Counted from the first letter of the stretch, positions 15,501 to 22,775 are shown. The stretch is DNA of 35,898 nt from an uncultured bacterium (GCA_965372095.1 CBDVAW010000001.1:1-35898), one strand, 5' to 3'. Program-made: numbers and translations. Notes: generated by a model from the letters alone, not told the origin.

Positions 15501-15791
15501 CTTGATGAAATTGTTTATGTCAATGATAGCCAGCCTGATCCTTTGGAGAATTCTTCTCCCTCTTCTCTCCGTGGAGGGGGATCCGCAACCATTATTTCGC
15601 GTGAATGGATGAGAGAATCGGACAGCCTTATATTTGCTAATACTACCGGTACCTATTTTGCTTTTGGTCCGGAGTATAACCAGATCAGACTGACTGTCAT
15701 TGATGATGAAGGCCGCAGCAATTATATAATCCATACCATCTCCGGGAAACATTCCGTGCCCAAATGGAGAGAAATCCCGCCGTTTATATAG
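12558..15791 (+). CDS. giant surface protein: signal/anchor, 3 x 215-aa (FN3-like plus jelly-roll-like) tandem modules, GW-repeat region, two PKD-like modules
   Basis: I moved the start to ATG 12558 (MNMNNKKIKLSFFTAIVILACFGFADKALA), downstream of the repeat element. Three repeats of ..TVVTND..ITSWSA.MNGEIT.TGG.DNDERGFEWGT.. plus ..LKVQFSQ.G.NWYNSAATAG.W..C....YYKLEL.ADAAQNATPEVDSVGVNY. The C-terminal 400 aa is paralogous to 3624-5375. Confidence 0.8.
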   Translation: MNMNNKKIKLSFFTAIVILACFGFADKALAVLPTVVTNDADEITSWSARMNGEITYTGGDDNDERGFEWGTASGVYTSWWTETGVFTEGTFSRYSGGLSPGQTYYYRAKSYNSFGWAYGEEKSWTATSYTYLSYDYAYYASGTAVSQNILSGLLVAGITSFDYTATVPTGTTLKVQFSQNGSNWYNSAATAGAWDTCSDGVHNISLTALDWNGPTFYYKLELIADAAQNATPEVDSVGVNYVVPASPTVVTNDAGVITSWSAQMNGEITNTGGADNDERGFEWGTTLGGPYTSWWTETGAFGAGTFSRYSGGLSPGQTYYYRAKSHNAVGWSYGVEKSFTATSYTYPTYDYTYYASGTAVSQNILEGLAVANITSFDYTATVPTGTTLKVQFSQNGSNWYNSAATAGGWNTCSNGIHNISLAALDWNDPTFYYKLELIADAAQNATPEVDSVGVNYVVPASPTVVTNDAGVITSWSAQMNGEITNTGGADNDERGFEWGTTLGGPYTSWWTETGAFGIEAFSRSIGGLSPCQTYYYRAKSLNSYGWGYGAEKSFTAPPYTYPSYDYAYYASGTAVSQNILSGIAVEQILSFDYTATVPADTTLKVQFSQDGTNWYNSAATAGAWDTCSDGVHNISLDTLNWNGPTFYYKLELTADAAQNATPEVDSVGVNYALIPHNTSGWAWSENIGWISMNSINTASAVSYGVELDDNPDSPTYGEFSGYAWSENIGWISFNAADTAGCPIPPCKAVLSTSTLEVSGWARVLSVKDKPLDQTGGWNGWIKLSGSYGADNYGITLDKFTQEFEGWAWGGSYDVADPAVIGWISWNDKDYDGFPGPIDYQVVTTASFTAANQPPTAIISCTSTCGCDTLGCGVPPDICTGYTGCAFVLNNDSTDPNGEADIATSTWYLNGEKKYSYPGKCNITPGNYVGAGNHTSELKVADYAGETSNTTKSFTLLEGIEAGFVCSLNNVDWVACSTTQPLLDEIVYVNDSQPDPLENSSPSSLRGGGSATIISREWMRESDSLIFANTTGTYFAFGPEYNQIRLTVIDDEGRSNYIIHTISGKHSVPKWREIPPFI
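12651..14580 (+). repeat. three in-frame tandem repeats with a 642-645 bp period
   Basis: The landmark 'ac(t/c)aatgacgcgg' falls at 12666, 13308 and 13953. Block 13196-13463 looks identical to 13841-14108 (268 bp, compared by eye). Confidence 0.85.
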
Positions 15792-15823
15792 TCTTGAATA
15801 TTTTAAAATTAAATAATTTTAAT

Positions 15824-15970
15824 CCTACAACCACTTTTGATTTTTTTGATAACAAATTTACCACTATTGAATTGGTCGTTGTTGATAGTAACGGGCGTAC
15901 TGATTCTGAAACGCATAACATTGCCATTAGAGCAGCTAAACCTCAATGGAGGGAAGTATTCGCCATTTGA
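15824..15970 (+). pseudogene. orphan 3' fragment of a divergent PKD-like paralog, directly after the complete gene
   Basis: NPTTTFDFFDNKFTTIELVVVDSNGRTDSETHNIAIRAAKPQWREVFAI* aligns with ..TGTYFAFGPEYNQIRLTVIDDEGRSNYIIHTISGKHSVPKWREIPPFI*, the end of both large genes. Confidence 0.5.
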
Positions 15971-16040
15971 CTGGTAAATCTTTTCTTTTGCTTTTCGCGG
16001 AAGGATATAAAATTTCTTAACAAATAAACAGAGCTTGCCT

Positions 16041-16068
16041 TTGAAAGGATTTTTTGGTAGGATATATT
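16041..16068 (+). promoter_or_regulatory. candidate sigma70-type promoter for rpmF
   Basis: TTGAAA, a 16-nt spacer, then TATATT, about 20 nt upstream of the rpmF ATG. Confidence 0.35.
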
Positions 16069-16086
16069 TTACGGATGAATATTATT

Positions 16087-16380
16087 ATGGCCGTTCCAAA
16101 ACAAAGAAAAACTAAATCAAGGAGAAATCAACGCCGAATGCATTTATACGCTGAAGAGATTACACTAAGCGTTTGTTCTAAGTGCGGTAAACCGGTTCAA
16201 CCTCATACAGTTTGTTTTAACTGTGGTTGTTACAAAGGAGTAGAAGTAATTGATGTTTTAAAGAAATTGACGAAAAAAGAGAAGAAGCAAAAAGACAAGG
16301 AAATGGCCGCTCAAGGGAAAGAAGAAGGGGAAGACAAGAAAACGGGACACTTGAGTATGGAGGGATTATCTAAAAAATAG
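16087..16380 (+). CDS. rpmF: 50S ribosomal protein L32 with a Lys/Glu-rich C-terminal extension
   Basis: MAVPKQRKTKSRRNQRRMH start typical of L32. CxxC...CxxC zinc ribbon (CSKCGK..CFNCG). I moved the start to ATG 16087. Confidence 0.9.
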   Translation: MAVPKQRKTKSRRNQRRMHLYAEEITLSVCSKCGKPVQPHTVCFNCGCYKGVEVIDVLKKLTKKEKKQKDKEMAAQGKEEGEDKKTGHLSMEGLSKK

Positions 16381-16403
16381 TACTAAACGCAAGATACTAA
16401 TTT

Positions 16404-16823
16404 ATGGCTTCCAGACACTTATCACGCTCTATTGTTATGCAAAGCTTGTATGAATGGGACTTTTTTAGTAAAAAAAAGGGCTCCTTAAAAAAAATTGTTG
16501 AGCGTAATATTAAGGAATTTGGCCCGGGGCTCAAAAATACTGATTTTATTTGGAAATTGGTTGATGGAGTCGCGGGAAAGCTTTCTCAAATAGATAAAAT
16601 TATTGAAAAAGCCGCTCCTGAATGGCCAATAGAGCAAATTGCCATTATTGACCGCAATGTTTTAAGACTTGGCCTCTACGAACTCTTATATGAGAAAAAA
16701 GAAGAGGTTCCTCCCAAAGTGGCTATAAATGAAGCAATAGAATTGGCGAAAAGTTTTGGGGGAGAAAGTTCCGGTAAGTTTATTAACGGAGTATTGGGAA
16801 CCGTTTACAAAAATCTATCTTAA
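16404..16823 (+). CDS. nusB: transcription antitermination factor NusB
   Basis: [13 protein letters not shown]..., [42 protein letters not shown] are conserved NusB motifs. Confidence 0.9.
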   Translation: MASRHLSRSIVMQSLYEWDFFSKKKGSLKKIVERNIKEFGPGLKNTDFIWKLVDGVAGKLSQIDKIIEKAAPEWPIEQIAIIDRNVLRLGLYELLYEKKEEVPPKVAINEAIELAKSFGGESSGKFINGVLGTVYKNLS

Positions 16824-16952
16824 GACTGACGAATATATACCCTTAGGTCAGAAAAATAAAAAGTAAATAATAAGTGAACAATAAGCAATGAACCCCGCAT
16901 GATTATATTATTATCCATATTGGATTTATTGTTTATTGTTTACTAATTTTCT

Positions 16953-17642
16953 GTGAAAGATTTTTCTTTATTAGAAAAGAAGTTGAATTTAAAATTTAAT
17001 AACAAAGATTTATTAACCCAGGCTTTCGCGCATAGATCTTATCTTAATGAGAATCCAACATTTCATTTGAGTAATAATGAAAGATTGGAATTTTTGGGAG
17101 ATGCGGTTTTAGAATTAGTTGTTACAGAATACTTATATCAGGCATATCCGGCAAAGTCCGAGGGAGACCTTACGAGTTGGAGAGCAGCCTTAGTTAATAC
17201 TAAGATGTTAACTTCCGTTTCGCAAGATATCGGTTTTAATGATTTTCTTTTACTGTCTAAGGGTGAAAAAAAAGAAAAAGGCAAGGGTCGGAATTATATT
17301 TTAGCCAACACATTTGAAGCTGTTGTAGGAGCTATATATCTTGATCAAGGATATGAATCGTGTAAAGATTTTATTAGTAAATATTTAATAATAAAACTTC
17401 CGCATATAATTGAAAGTGGCCAATTTAGAGATTCTAAAAGTCTGTTTCAAGAAAAAGCCCAGGAAAAAACAGGAGTTACTCCCATTTATAAAATATTGGA
17501 AGAATGGGGTCCCGATCATGCCAAGCAATTTAAGATGGGAGTGTTTCTTAACGCAGAAATGGTAGCTAAAGGAGAAGGGCTTTCTAAGCAGGAAGCGGAA
17601 GAAAATGCTGCCAAACAAGCTATAAAGGGGAAAAAGTGGTAA
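16953..17642 (+). CDS. rnc: ribonuclease III
   Basis: GTG start. RNase III signature NERLEFLGDAVLE. C-terminal dsRBD (..PIYKILEEWGPDHAKQFKMGV..GEGLSKQEAEENAAKQA). Confidence 0.9.
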   Translation: MKDFSLLEKKLNLKFNNKDLLTQAFAHRSYLNENPTFHLSNNERLEFLGDAVLELVVTEYLYQAYPAKSEGDLTSWRAALVNTKMLTSVSQDIGFNDFLLLSKGEKKEKGKGRNYILANTFEAVVGAIYLDQGYESCKDFISKYLIIKLPHIIESGQFRDSKSLFQEKAQEKTGVTPIYKILEEWGPDHAKQFKMGVFLNAEMVAKGEGLSKQEAEENAAKQAIKGKKW

Positions 17643-17665
17643 TATAAATTAATTTTTTAAAAAAT

Positions 17666-18241
17666 ATGCTTAGAATTAGATTGTTTAGAGTAGGTAAAAA
17701 AAATCAGCCCGCTTTTCGCATAGTTGTAACTGATAAAAAAAATCCTCCAAGAGGTGGACGTTCTGTTGAAATATTAGGTTTTTTTAATCCGCTAACAAAG
17801 GAAAAAGGCATTAAAAAAGAAAGGGTTCAATATTGGATCAGTCAGGGCGCTCAACCCTCTGATACATGCCACAATCTTTTTGTTGCGGAAGGAATTATAA
17901 AAGAAGCTAAAATTTCTGTTCACGCAAAAACAAAAAAAGCAGAAGAAAAGACAGAAGCAACGGAACCAAAGAATGATGAAAAAGAATCTAAAGCAGAAGA
18001 AAAGACAGAAGCAACGGAACCAAAGAATGATGAAAAAGAATCTAAGGCAGAAGAAAAGACAGAAGCAACAGAACCAAAGAATGATGAAAAAGAATCTAAA
18101 GCAGAAGTTGAAATAAAAGAGCCCGATAAAGCAGACGAAAAAGAAGAATCCGGCAAGGCCGTTGACAAAGAAGACTCCGAAAAACAACAAAAGGAAAAGA
18201 ACGAGTCTTCCGAAGGATCAAAAGAAGATCAAAAATCTTAA
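17666..18241 (+). CDS. rpsP: 30S ribosomal protein S16 with a long repetitive Lys/Glu-rich C-terminal tail
   Basis: MLRIRLFRVGKKNQPAFRIVV...GFFNP...YWISQGAQPS is the S16 core, about 85 aa. It is followed by about 105 aa of low-complexity tail. Confidence 0.9.
   Translation: MLRIRLFRVGKKNQPAFRIVVTDKKNPPRGGRSVEILGFFNPLTKEKGIKKERVQYWISQGAQPSDTCHNLFVAEGIIKEAKISVHAKTKKAEEKTEATEPKNDEKESKAEEKTEATEPKNDEKESKAEEKTEATEPKNDEKESKAEVEIKEPDKADEKEESGKAVDKEDSEKQQKEKNESSEGSKEDQKS
17936..18097 (+). repeat. three tandem 54-bp (18-aa) repeats inside the rpsP tail
   Basis: aaagcagaagaaaagacagaagcaacggaaccaaagaatgatgaaaaagaatct x3 (KAEEKTEATEPKNDEKES), with 1-2 synonymous differences. Confidence 0.9.
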
Positions 18242-18245
18242 TATA

Positions 18246-18274
18246 TTGACGTTAGCGTTGTGATATAGTAAAAT
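18246..18274 (+). promoter_or_regulatory. candidate sigma70-type promoter
   Basis: TTGACG, a 17-nt spacer, then TAAAAT, upstream of the KH-domain gene. Confidence 0.35.
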
Positions 18275-18365
18275 ATGACTAGCAGCTTATCAATGATTAT
18301 TATTGATTTTCAAAAATTAATAAAAAAGGTCGAGCTGTTAATTAACAAAAACTGACAAGTATTGA

Positions 18366-18698
18366 ATGATTATGACTAAAACCACTGATAAAGACTTTCT
18401 TGAGTACATTATCAAAGAGTTGGTTGATCACCCAGAAGATGTCAAGGTTGACCGAAAGGTTGACGAAATGGGAGTCCTTCTTTCTTTAAGAGTAAATCCC
18501 GAAGACATGGGCCAGATAATCGGCCGTGAGGGTTCAACTGCTCGTGCTATCAGAAATTTGGTTCGCATAGTTGGTCTTAAAAATCACGCTCGCGTGAATT
18601 TAAAGATTGAAGAACCGGATGGTGGTGACTCTAGGGCGAAAAAAGTTCCTACCGGAGAAGAACCTGTAAAAGGAGATTTAGACGATCTGAAACTCTAA
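18366..18698 (+). CDS. KH-domain RNA-binding protein (YlqC/UPF0109-like) with a C-terminal extension
   Basis: LEYIIKELVDHPEDVKVD...LSLRVNPEDMGQIIGREGSTARAIRNLV. Canonical position after rpsP. Confidence 0.85.
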   Translation: MIMTKTTDKDFLEYIIKELVDHPEDVKVDRKVDEMGVLLSLRVNPEDMGQIIGREGSTARAIRNLVRIVGLKNHARVNLKIEEPDGGDSRAKKVPTGEEPVKGDLDDLKL

Positions 18699-18732
18699 AT
18701 AAACACCCGGTAGAATATTTACGATAACAGAA

Positions 18733-18771
18733 AACGGTGCTATTGTAACAATATAATAGTGCCGTTTTTGT
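18733..18771 (+). terminator. putative intrinsic terminator
   Basis: aacggtgctatt / gtaacaatat / aatagtgccgtt (12-bp stem with two G-U pairs) followed by ttttg. Confidence 0.5.
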
Positions 18772-18842
18772 TGCTAAATATAATTTATAACTCATTGAGA
18801 TTGATATATGGTGGAGTATATTAAATAATTATTTTTATAAAT

Positions 18843-19538
18843 ATGGTTAATATTGATGTTATTACAATCTTCCCTGACATTTTTGAAAATTATTTAAGAG
18901 AAAGCTTGATCAAGCGCGCGCAAGATAAAAAATTAATTCGGGTTACAACACATAATCTAAGAAATTTTACGTCAGATAATCATAAAACCGTTGACAGCCG
19001 TCCTTTTGGAGGAGGATTGGGAATGGTAATAAAAGTAGAACCCGTATATAAAGCGGTAGAAGCCTTAAAGAAAATTAAAGGTAGAAGCAATAAGAATACA
19101 AAGGTAATTCTTTTTTCTCCAAGAGGTAAAAAATTCAACCAGAAAATGGCTCATCGCCTTTCTAAGATTGACAATATGATCTTAATTTGCGGGCGTTATG
19201 AAGGGGTGGACGAAAGGGTGTATAAACATATTGCCGATATGCAGATATCCATAGGGGATTATGACTTAATGGGAGGAGAACTTCCGGCAATGGTTTTGAT
19301 AGAAACTGTAGCCAGGCTTGTCCCGGGAGTTTTAGCCAAGCAACAATTATTGAAAGAAAGAGTTACCCCCGAAAAGAATTTTATTGAATATCCGCAATAT
19401 ACCAGACCCGAAATTTTTTCGCCCGATAAGAAAATTAACTGGAAAGTGCCAAAAGTTCTTTTGTCCGGCAATCATAAAAAGATAAACGAATGGAGGGAAA
19501 AATATGGTGTGCCAATTGGCAAACAACTGGAAAAATAA
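18843..19538 (+). CDS. trmD: tRNA (guanine37-N1)-methyltransferase
   Basis: IDVITIFPDIF, GGGLGMV, ICGRYEGVDERV and LLSGNHKKINEWR are TrmD motifs. Confidence 0.9.
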   Translation: MVNIDVITIFPDIFENYLRESLIKRAQDKKLIRVTTHNLRNFTSDNHKTVDSRPFGGGLGMVIKVEPVYKAVEALKKIKGRSNKNTKVILFSPRGKKFNQKMAHRLSKIDNMILICGRYEGVDERVYKHIADMQISIGDYDLMGGELPAMVLIETVARLVPGVLAKQQLLKERVTPEKNFIEYPQYTRPEIFSPDKKINWKVPKVLLSGNHKKINEWREKYGVPIGKQLEK

Positions 19539-19597
19539 TCATTTTTTGCTAAGATAGATAATATCTTTATCAAAAGCGCAAAAGTAAGCTTAATATC

Positions 19598-19669
19598 GCC
19601 GATGTAGCTCAGTGGTAGAGCACCTCCATGGTAAGGAGTAGGTCGTCGGTTCAAGTCCGACCATCGGCT
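19598..19669 (+). tRNA. tRNA-Thr (anticodon GGU)
   Basis: Manual cloverleaf: acceptor gccgatg/catcggc, D arm gctc-agtggta-gagc, anticodon loop a-t-GGT-a-a, T arm gtcgg-ttcaagt-ccgac. No encoded CCA. Confidence 0.85.
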
Positions 19670-19696
19670 CAAATAATTAAAATATTTTTATTTTTT

Positions 19697-19861
19697 ATGG
19701 CTACAAGAAAAAAGCAAACCATAACACTTAGGTGCGCAGAATGTAAAAGGCCCAATTATTTTACGAATAAGACCAAGCAAATGGTTGAGGAAAAAATTGA
19801 GTTGAAAAAATTCTGCAAAAAATGTCGCAAGCATACCATTCATAAAGAGTCCAAGAAATAG
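19697..19861 (+). CDS. rpmG: 50S ribosomal protein L33
   Basis: [27 protein letters not shown]...[14 protein letters not shown]33 with a CxxC...CxxC motif. I moved the start to ATG 19697. Confidence 0.9.
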   Translation: MATRKKQTITLRCAECKRPNYFTNKTKQMVEEKIELKKFCKKCRKHTIHKESKK

Positions 19862-19864
19862 TCT

Positions 19865-19935
19865 GGGGGTGTAGTTTAACGGCAAAATTACGGTCTCCAA
19901 AACCGTTGATGGGGGTTCAATTCCCTCCACCCCTG
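19865..19935 (+). tRNA. tRNA-Trp (anticodon CCA)
   Basis: Manual fold: anticodon arm acggt-ctCCAaa-accgt, T arm ggggg-ttcaatt-ccctc, acceptor gggggtg/cacccct (G1-U72). Confidence 0.8.
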
Positions 19936-19954
19936 CATATTAATATTTTTCAAA

Positions 19955-20452
19955 ATGCCTAATTTAAAAATAAGATTTTATAACGATCCCGTTTTAAGGC
20001 AAGAATGTGAAAAAATTGAAAAGATTACTCCGGAAATAAGAGAGCTTATTGAAGCGATGAAAGAAATGATGAAAAAAGACGGGGGAGTGGGTCTTGCCGG
20101 ACCGCAAATAGGAATAACCAAAAGAATTATTGTAGTAGAAACCGATAAGGGCGTTTTTGGATATATTAATCCTCTTGTTATTAAACAAGGTAAAGAAACT
20201 TGGACAGTTGAAGAGGGTTGTTTAAGCTTCCCCGGCCTTTTTTTAAAAATATCAAGGCCTCGCGAGGCGGAAATCAAAGCGTTGGACGAAGATGGCAACG
20301 AAGTTATTATAGAAGCTAAAGATTGGCCTGCGCGAATATTTTTACACGAAATTGATCATACTAACGGAGTTTTATTTATTGACAGAGCGAGTTGTTTGCA
20401 AAAACTAAAGAAAATAAAGAAGATAGCGGAAATAAAAAAGATATGCAAATGA
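19955..20452 (+). CDS. def: peptide deformylase
   Basis: The three PDF motifs are present: GVGLAGPQIG, EGCLSFPG and HEIDHTNG. Confidence 0.9.
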   Translation: MPNLKIRFYNDPVLRQECEKIEKITPEIRELIEAMKEMMKKDGGVGLAGPQIGITKRIIVVETDKGVFGYINPLVIKQGKETWTVEEGCLSFPGLFLKISRPREAEIKALDEDGNEVIIEAKDWPARIFLHEIDHTNGVLFIDRASCLQKLKKIKKIAEIKKICK

Positions 20453-21057
20453 TAGATTATTTGATTCGGGAGGGCTGGTTAAAAACACCGAAAATAATAA
20501 AAGCTTTTCAAAAAATTAAAAGAATTGATTTTTTGCCCGAGGAGATCAAGCATTTGGCTGAACTTGACGAGCCTCTGCCTATTGGTTATGGACAAACTAA
20601 TTCCCAACCCATGGTAGTGGCTTTTATGATTGAGAAACTTGACCCAAAGCCGGGGCATAAAATATTAGACATTGGCTCAGGCTCAGGTTGGACCACTGCT
20701 TTGCTTTCACACATAGTAGGTAAGAATGGAAAAGTCATAGCATCGGAAATTATCCCGGAATTAATGGAGTTTGGGAAAAATAATGTTTCTAAATATAGTT
20801 TCGTAAAAAAGGGGATTGCTGAATTTTATTGCGCTGACGGGTCAAAGAGTCATCCATATCCACAGAAATTTGATAGAATATTAACATCAGCGGCAGCGAA
20901 CGAAATACCTCAACCATGGAAAGACCAATTAAAGATCGGAGGTAAAATTGTCGCTCCGGTGAATTCATCAATTTTTATTCTAACCAAAGAAACAGGAAGA
21001 GAATTTAAAAGCATAGAATATGAAGGTTTTACCTTTGTTCCCTTGATATCAAAATGA
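20443..21057 (+). CDS. pcm: protein-L-isoaspartate O-methyltransferase
   Basis: GYGQTNSQPMVVAFMIEKL..ILDIGSGSGWTTALLSHIVG (SAM-binding motif). I chose the start ATG 20443, which overlaps the end of def. Confidence 0.8.
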   Translation: MQMIDYLIREGWLKTPKIIKAFQKIKRIDFLPEEIKHLAELDEPLPIGYGQTNSQPMVVAFMIEKLDPKPGHKILDIGSGSGWTTALLSHIVGKNGKVIASEIIPELMEFGKNNVSKYSFVKKGIAEFYCADGSKSHPYPQKFDRILTSAAANEIPQPWKDQLKIGGKIVAPVNSSIFILTKETGREFKSIEYEGFTFVPLISK

Positions 21058-22052
21058 AAAAAATTGCTTTAACGGGTTTAATAATTATCATATGGGTAGC
21101 TGTTATTCTATGGCAGGGAATTTATGCGCCGAAAGACAAAGATCCGAAAATTGAAAAAATATTCACAATTAAACAAGGACAGTCAATGCAAGAGATTGCT
21201 GGAAGTCTTGAAAAAGAAAATCTGATTAAGAACGATTTTTACTTTATTATTTATCTTTTAAGCAAGGGGGATTCAACAAAACTGCAAGCCGGTAAATTCC
21301 TCTTGAATTCAGGGATGGTTATTCCGGTAATTGCGCAAGAAATAATCTCCGGCAATTGTGTGCCGGAAATCATTACCATTATTGAAGGATGGTCAATAAA
21401 CAATATAACAGAACAATTTAAGGAAAAAGGACTTATTGAAAATGATGGGGATTTGCAAGAAATAATTTTTAATCCGATATTTATTAAAGATTTCAGCTTT
21501 TTGCAAGACAAGCCCAAAGAGTCCGATCTGGAAGGCTATCTTTTCCCCGACACATACTATTTTAACAGTGGAGATAACGCAGAAATAGTTATTAGAAAAA
21601 TGTTGGAAAATTTTGACAAAAAACTGACGGATGAATTAAGAGAAGAGATAGGCGAGCAAAAGAAAACAATTTTTGAAATAATAATAATGGCCTCTATGAT
21701 AGAGAAAGAAGTCAGGAGTTATGAAGATAAACAACTGGTATCCGGCGTTTTATGGAACAGACTGGACAATCATTATCCTCTGCAATCATGCGCTACTATT
21801 GCTTATATCACCGGCAAAAAGACGACCAAAATATCAACGACAGAAACAGAGATTGATTCTCCTTACAATACTTATAAATATAAAGGGCTCCCAATCGGTC
21901 CTATTTGTAACCCCGGCATTGAAAGTATTAAGGCGGCCATATATCCTAAAAAAAGCTCTTATTGGTTTTATCTTTCCGCCTTTGATGGAGAAACCATATT
22001 CAGTAAAACCTTAAAAGAGCACAATATTGCTAAAGCAAAATATTTAAGGTAA
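21054..22052 (+). CDS. mltG: endolytic murein transglycosylase MltG (YceG-like)
   Basis: N-terminal TM helix, then ...ASMIEKEV...VLWNRL...LQSCATIAY...SPYNTYKYKGLPIGPICNPG. ATGA overlap with pcm. Confidence 0.85.
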   Translation: MKKIALTGLIIIIWVAVILWQGIYAPKDKDPKIEKIFTIKQGQSMQEIAGSLEKENLIKNDFYFIIYLLSKGDSTKLQAGKFLLNSGMVIPVIAQEIISGNCVPEIITIIEGWSINNITEQFKEKGLIENDGDLQEIIFNPIFIKDFSFLQDKPKESDLEGYLFPDTYYFNSGDNAEIVIRKMLENFDKKLTDELREEIGEQKKTIFEIIIMASMIEKEVRSYEDKQLVSGVLWNRLDNHYPLQSCATIAYITGKKTTKISTTETEIDSPYNTYKYKGLPIGPICNPGIESIKAAIYPKKSSYWFYLSAFDGETIFSKTLKEHNIAKAKYLR

Positions 22053-22060
22053 TCAAAAAA

Positions 22061-22609
22061 ATGGCTGAACAATTTTTAACTAATAAAAAAATCGCTTTAA
22101 TTATCGCCTTTAAAAATTTTAAGGACGAAGAATATTTTATTACTAAACAATGTTTTGACAACGCGGGAGCATTGACAATCACCGTAAGTGACTCTTTAGG
22201 GATGGCAATTGGCGTTGATGGAGGAGAAGCACAGGTAAACTTAACTATGAAAGGTTTAATCCCCGAGAAGTTTGACGCGATTATTTTCATCGGAGGGGGA
22301 GGATCTCAAAAATATATCGCCGATCCGCAAGCCCATAGTATTGCTACAAAAGCTGTAAGTAGTCATAAAATATTGGGAGCCATTTGTATTGCTCCGGCCA
22401 TTTTAGCCGAAGCAAGGGTTTTAACGGGGAAGAGAGCTACTGTTTGGTCAAGCGCTATGGATAAATCAATGGTTAAGATTTTGAAAGAAAACAAAGCGGT
22501 TTTTGAGGACAAAGCGGTTGTAGAAGACGAAAAAATTATTACTGCCAACGGACCATTGGCGGCCAAAGCCTTTGCGGAAAAAATTATTGAGATGTTGACA
22601 AAAAAATAA
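22061..22609 (+). CDS. DJ-1/PfpI family protein
   Basis: ..FDAIIFIGGGG.. and the nucleophile-elbow LGAICIAPAILAEA, about 180 aa. Confidence 0.8.
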   Translation: MAEQFLTNKKIALIIAFKNFKDEEYFITKQCFDNAGALTITVSDSLGMAIGVDGGEAQVNLTMKGLIPEKFDAIIFIGGGGSQKYIADPQAHSIATKAVSSHKILGAICIAPAILAEARVLTGKRATVWSSAMDKSMVKILKENKAVFEDKAVVEDEKIITANGPLAAKAFAEKIIEMLTKK

Positions 22610-22696
22610 AAAAGTTTTAATATTGATTTAGCCGTAGACGATAGGCATTCAATAAGACCTATTCAGGTAAAATTCTAAGTATTTTTAGATGAATAT

Positions 22697-22719
22697 ATCT
22701 GCGGCAGCAGATTTTTTTA
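22697..22719 (+). terminator. intrinsic terminator or attenuator hairpin in the region upstream of rplJ
   Basis: atctgc-ggca-gcagat followed by tttttt. It sits between the DJ-1 stop (22609) and the rplJ start (22776). Confidence 0.5.
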
Positions 22720-22775
22720 TGCAATTAATTTAATTAACTTAGCGTGTAATTCAATTATATGCTTAAGATATAAAT

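Noticed and set aside
1274-15752. Many nested or antisense ORFs of 60-100 aa inside the surface genes: 1274-1537, 5085-5336, 5928-6110, 6153-6335, 8654-8932, 9478-9678, 9480-9671, 11434-11849, 12736-13020, 14663-14863 and 15456-15752.
   Set aside because: They lie wholly inside longer ORFs that have clear repeat or domain structure. The higher local G+C content reduces stop-codon frequency. There is no independent support for any of them.
533-15970. Whether the island is a prophage, given the tail-fibre-like and tailspike-like motifs.
   Set aside because: I saw no capsid, portal, terminase, tail tube, integrase or lysis genes. All the large proteins carry cellular-type N-terminal anchors. 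Distant phage ancestry of the individual domains remains possible.
17792-18190. Antisense ORFs (132 aa and 82 aa) opposite the rpsP tail, and similarly 23431-23916 opposite rplL.
   Set aside because: These are artefacts of low-complexity GAA/AAG-rich coding repeats, which stay open on the opposite strand. The sense strands encode recognisable ribosomal proteins.
19472-19930. Minus-strand ORFs 19472-19672 and 19688-19930.
   Set aside because: They run antisense through tRNA-Thr, rpmG and tRNA-Trp, all of which are well supported on the plus strand.
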